From a bacterium (GTDB lineage: Bacteria; Elusimicrobiota; Elusimicrobia; UBA1565), in NCBI GenBank assembly GCA_004322435.1, contig SCTT01000319.1:1-35246 (forward strand): DNA of 35,246 nt, given 5' to 3'. Positions 34,167-35,246 of the stretch are shown here, piece by piece. Numbering within the stretch: the first letter of the stretch is position 1; the number at the start of each line of letters is the position of its first letter. The translations under genes were made by a program, and so were the position numbers. Below the pieces are notes generated by a model. The model was not told the origin of the DNA. It did no database searches and saw only the letters and a list, made by a program, of their open reading frames with translations.

Positions 34167-35246
34167 CCATGACGACCGACACGACCTGGGCCGGCCCGCG
34201 CTCTCTGGAGCTCTTCGCGGAGGAGCAGGGCTACCTGACCCCGGGCCTCCAGCAGATCGCGGTGTTCTCGAAGCTCGCGATGGCCAAGGGCCGCGGCGCG
34301 GTGCTCACCGACGAGGACGGCAAGGACTACCTGGACCTCGTCGCCGGCGTCTGCGTCGCCTCCATCGGACACGGCCACCCCGTCTGGGCCAAGGCGCTGG
34401 CCGACCAGGCCGCGGCGCTCTCGGTGGGCTCCTTCACCACGAAGGCGCGCGTCGAGTTCGGGCGGCGCCTGATGCCGCGCCTCCCGAAGGGCCTCGACCG
34501 CGTCCAGCTCTACTCGAGCGGCGCCGAGGCCGTCGAAGCGGCCTTCCGCCTCGCCAAGAGCCGCACCGGACACTTCGAGTTCGCCGGCTTCTGGGGCGGG
34601 TTCCACGGCAAGACCGGCGGCGTGCTGCCCCTCTTGGGCGATACGTCCTTCAAGCAGGCCCTGGGCCCGCTGATGCCCGGCACCTACAGCTTCCCGTTCC
34701 CGAACCCGTACCGCTGCCCGTTCAAAACGCAAGCCCCGCACGACTGCGCGGCGCACTGCCTGGACTTCCTGCGCGAGGGCCTCAAACGGCAGACGACCGG
34801 CTCCTTGGCCGCCCTCATCTGCGAGCCCATCCAGGGCACGGCGGGCAACGTCATACCGCCGGCGGGCTGGCTCAAAGGGCTCAAGGAGGTCGCCGCCGAG
34901 GCGGGCGCCCTCCTCATCGCCGACGAGATGATCACCGGCTTCGGCCGCACCGGCCGCTGGTTCGGCGTCGAGCACGAGGGCGTGACGCCAGACGTCATCA
35001 CCCTGGGCAAGGGCGTGGCCGGGGGCTTCCCCGTCAGCGGCGTCGTGACCTCCGCGGCCGTCGCCCAGTCGAAGCCCTTCGCCAACCCCTCCGGCTCCTC
35101 CTCGAGCTACGGCGGCAACCCGCTGGCCGCCGCCGCCTGCGCGGCGACCCTGCGCATCCTGGACGACGAGCGCCTCGTCGACAACAGCGCCAAGGTCGGC
35201 GCGCGGATGCTGAGCCGCCTCCAAGCCATGAAGGAGCGCTTCGCCT
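34163..35246 (+). CDS. Class III PLP-dependent aminotransferase; 3' end outside the window
   Basis: Not in the ORF track (no stop). Translated by hand from the ATG at 34163: KGRGAVLTDEDGKDYLDLVAG...GHGHP, SGAEAVE, GFHGKT, EPIQG, ADEMITGFGRTG and PDVITLGKG (PLP Lys). Confidence 0.92.
   Translation, partial: MTMTTDTTWAGPRSLELFAEEQGYLTPGLQQIAVFSKLAMAKGRGAVLTDEDGKDYLDLVAGVCVASIGHGHPVWAKALADQAAALSVGSFTTKARVEFGRRLMPRLPKGLDRVQLYSSGAEAVEAAFRLAKSRTGHFEFAGFWGGFHGKTGGVLPLLGDTSFKQALGPLMPGTYSFPFPNPYRCPFKTQAPHDCAAHCLDFLREGLKRQTTGSLAALICEPIQGTAGNVIPPAGWLKGLKEVAAEAGALLIADEMITGFGRTGRWFGVEHEGVTPDVITLGKGVAGGFPVSGVVTSAAVAQSKPFANPSGSSSSYGGNPLAAAACAATLRILDDERLVDNSAKVGARMLSRLQAMKERFA

Noticed and set aside
1-35246. 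CRISPR arrays, tRNA/rRNA, transposases, integrases, defence genes
   Set aside because: None seen. The window is nearly fully coding, with only two intergenic regions longer than 15 nt and no regularly spaced repeats.

Overview
High-GC (roughly 70-75% by eye) bacterial window, almost entirely coding, organised as four tightly coupled transcription units. (1) A leftward nucleotide-sugar unit: UDP-sugar dehydrogenase, Gfo/Idh/MocA oxidoreductase and a truncated epimerase. (2) A rightward glycan operon (2421-12719): Wzx flippase, GT2, wecB, GT2, GT4, two SAM methyltransferases, a GT-C-like membrane protein and a YcaQ-family DNA glycosylase. (3) A 16-gene, ~19 kb leftward operon (31651-12716) that starts with type IV pilus pilMNOPQ and continues without a break into an O-antigen-ligase/O-OTase-like gene, two YfhO-like GT-C proteins, a Trm112-fused methyltransferase, GT4, a Dpm1-like GT2, an RGP/STELLO (GT75)-like protein, a GDP-mannose 3,5-epimerase, a GT-C, AsnB and FkbM. 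(4) A rightward HAD / nucleotidyltransferase / ITPK1-like ATP-grasp / class-III aminotransferase operon, cut by the window edge. The best leads are a four-gene module that could make and periplasmically transfer L-galactofuranose (resembling MtdM/MtdL), the pilus-glycosylation operon fusion, a terminator-like hairpin inside the pilM leader, and the ITPK1-like operon. I saw no RNA genes, CRISPR arrays or mobile elements. All family calls come from motif recognition, not database searches.
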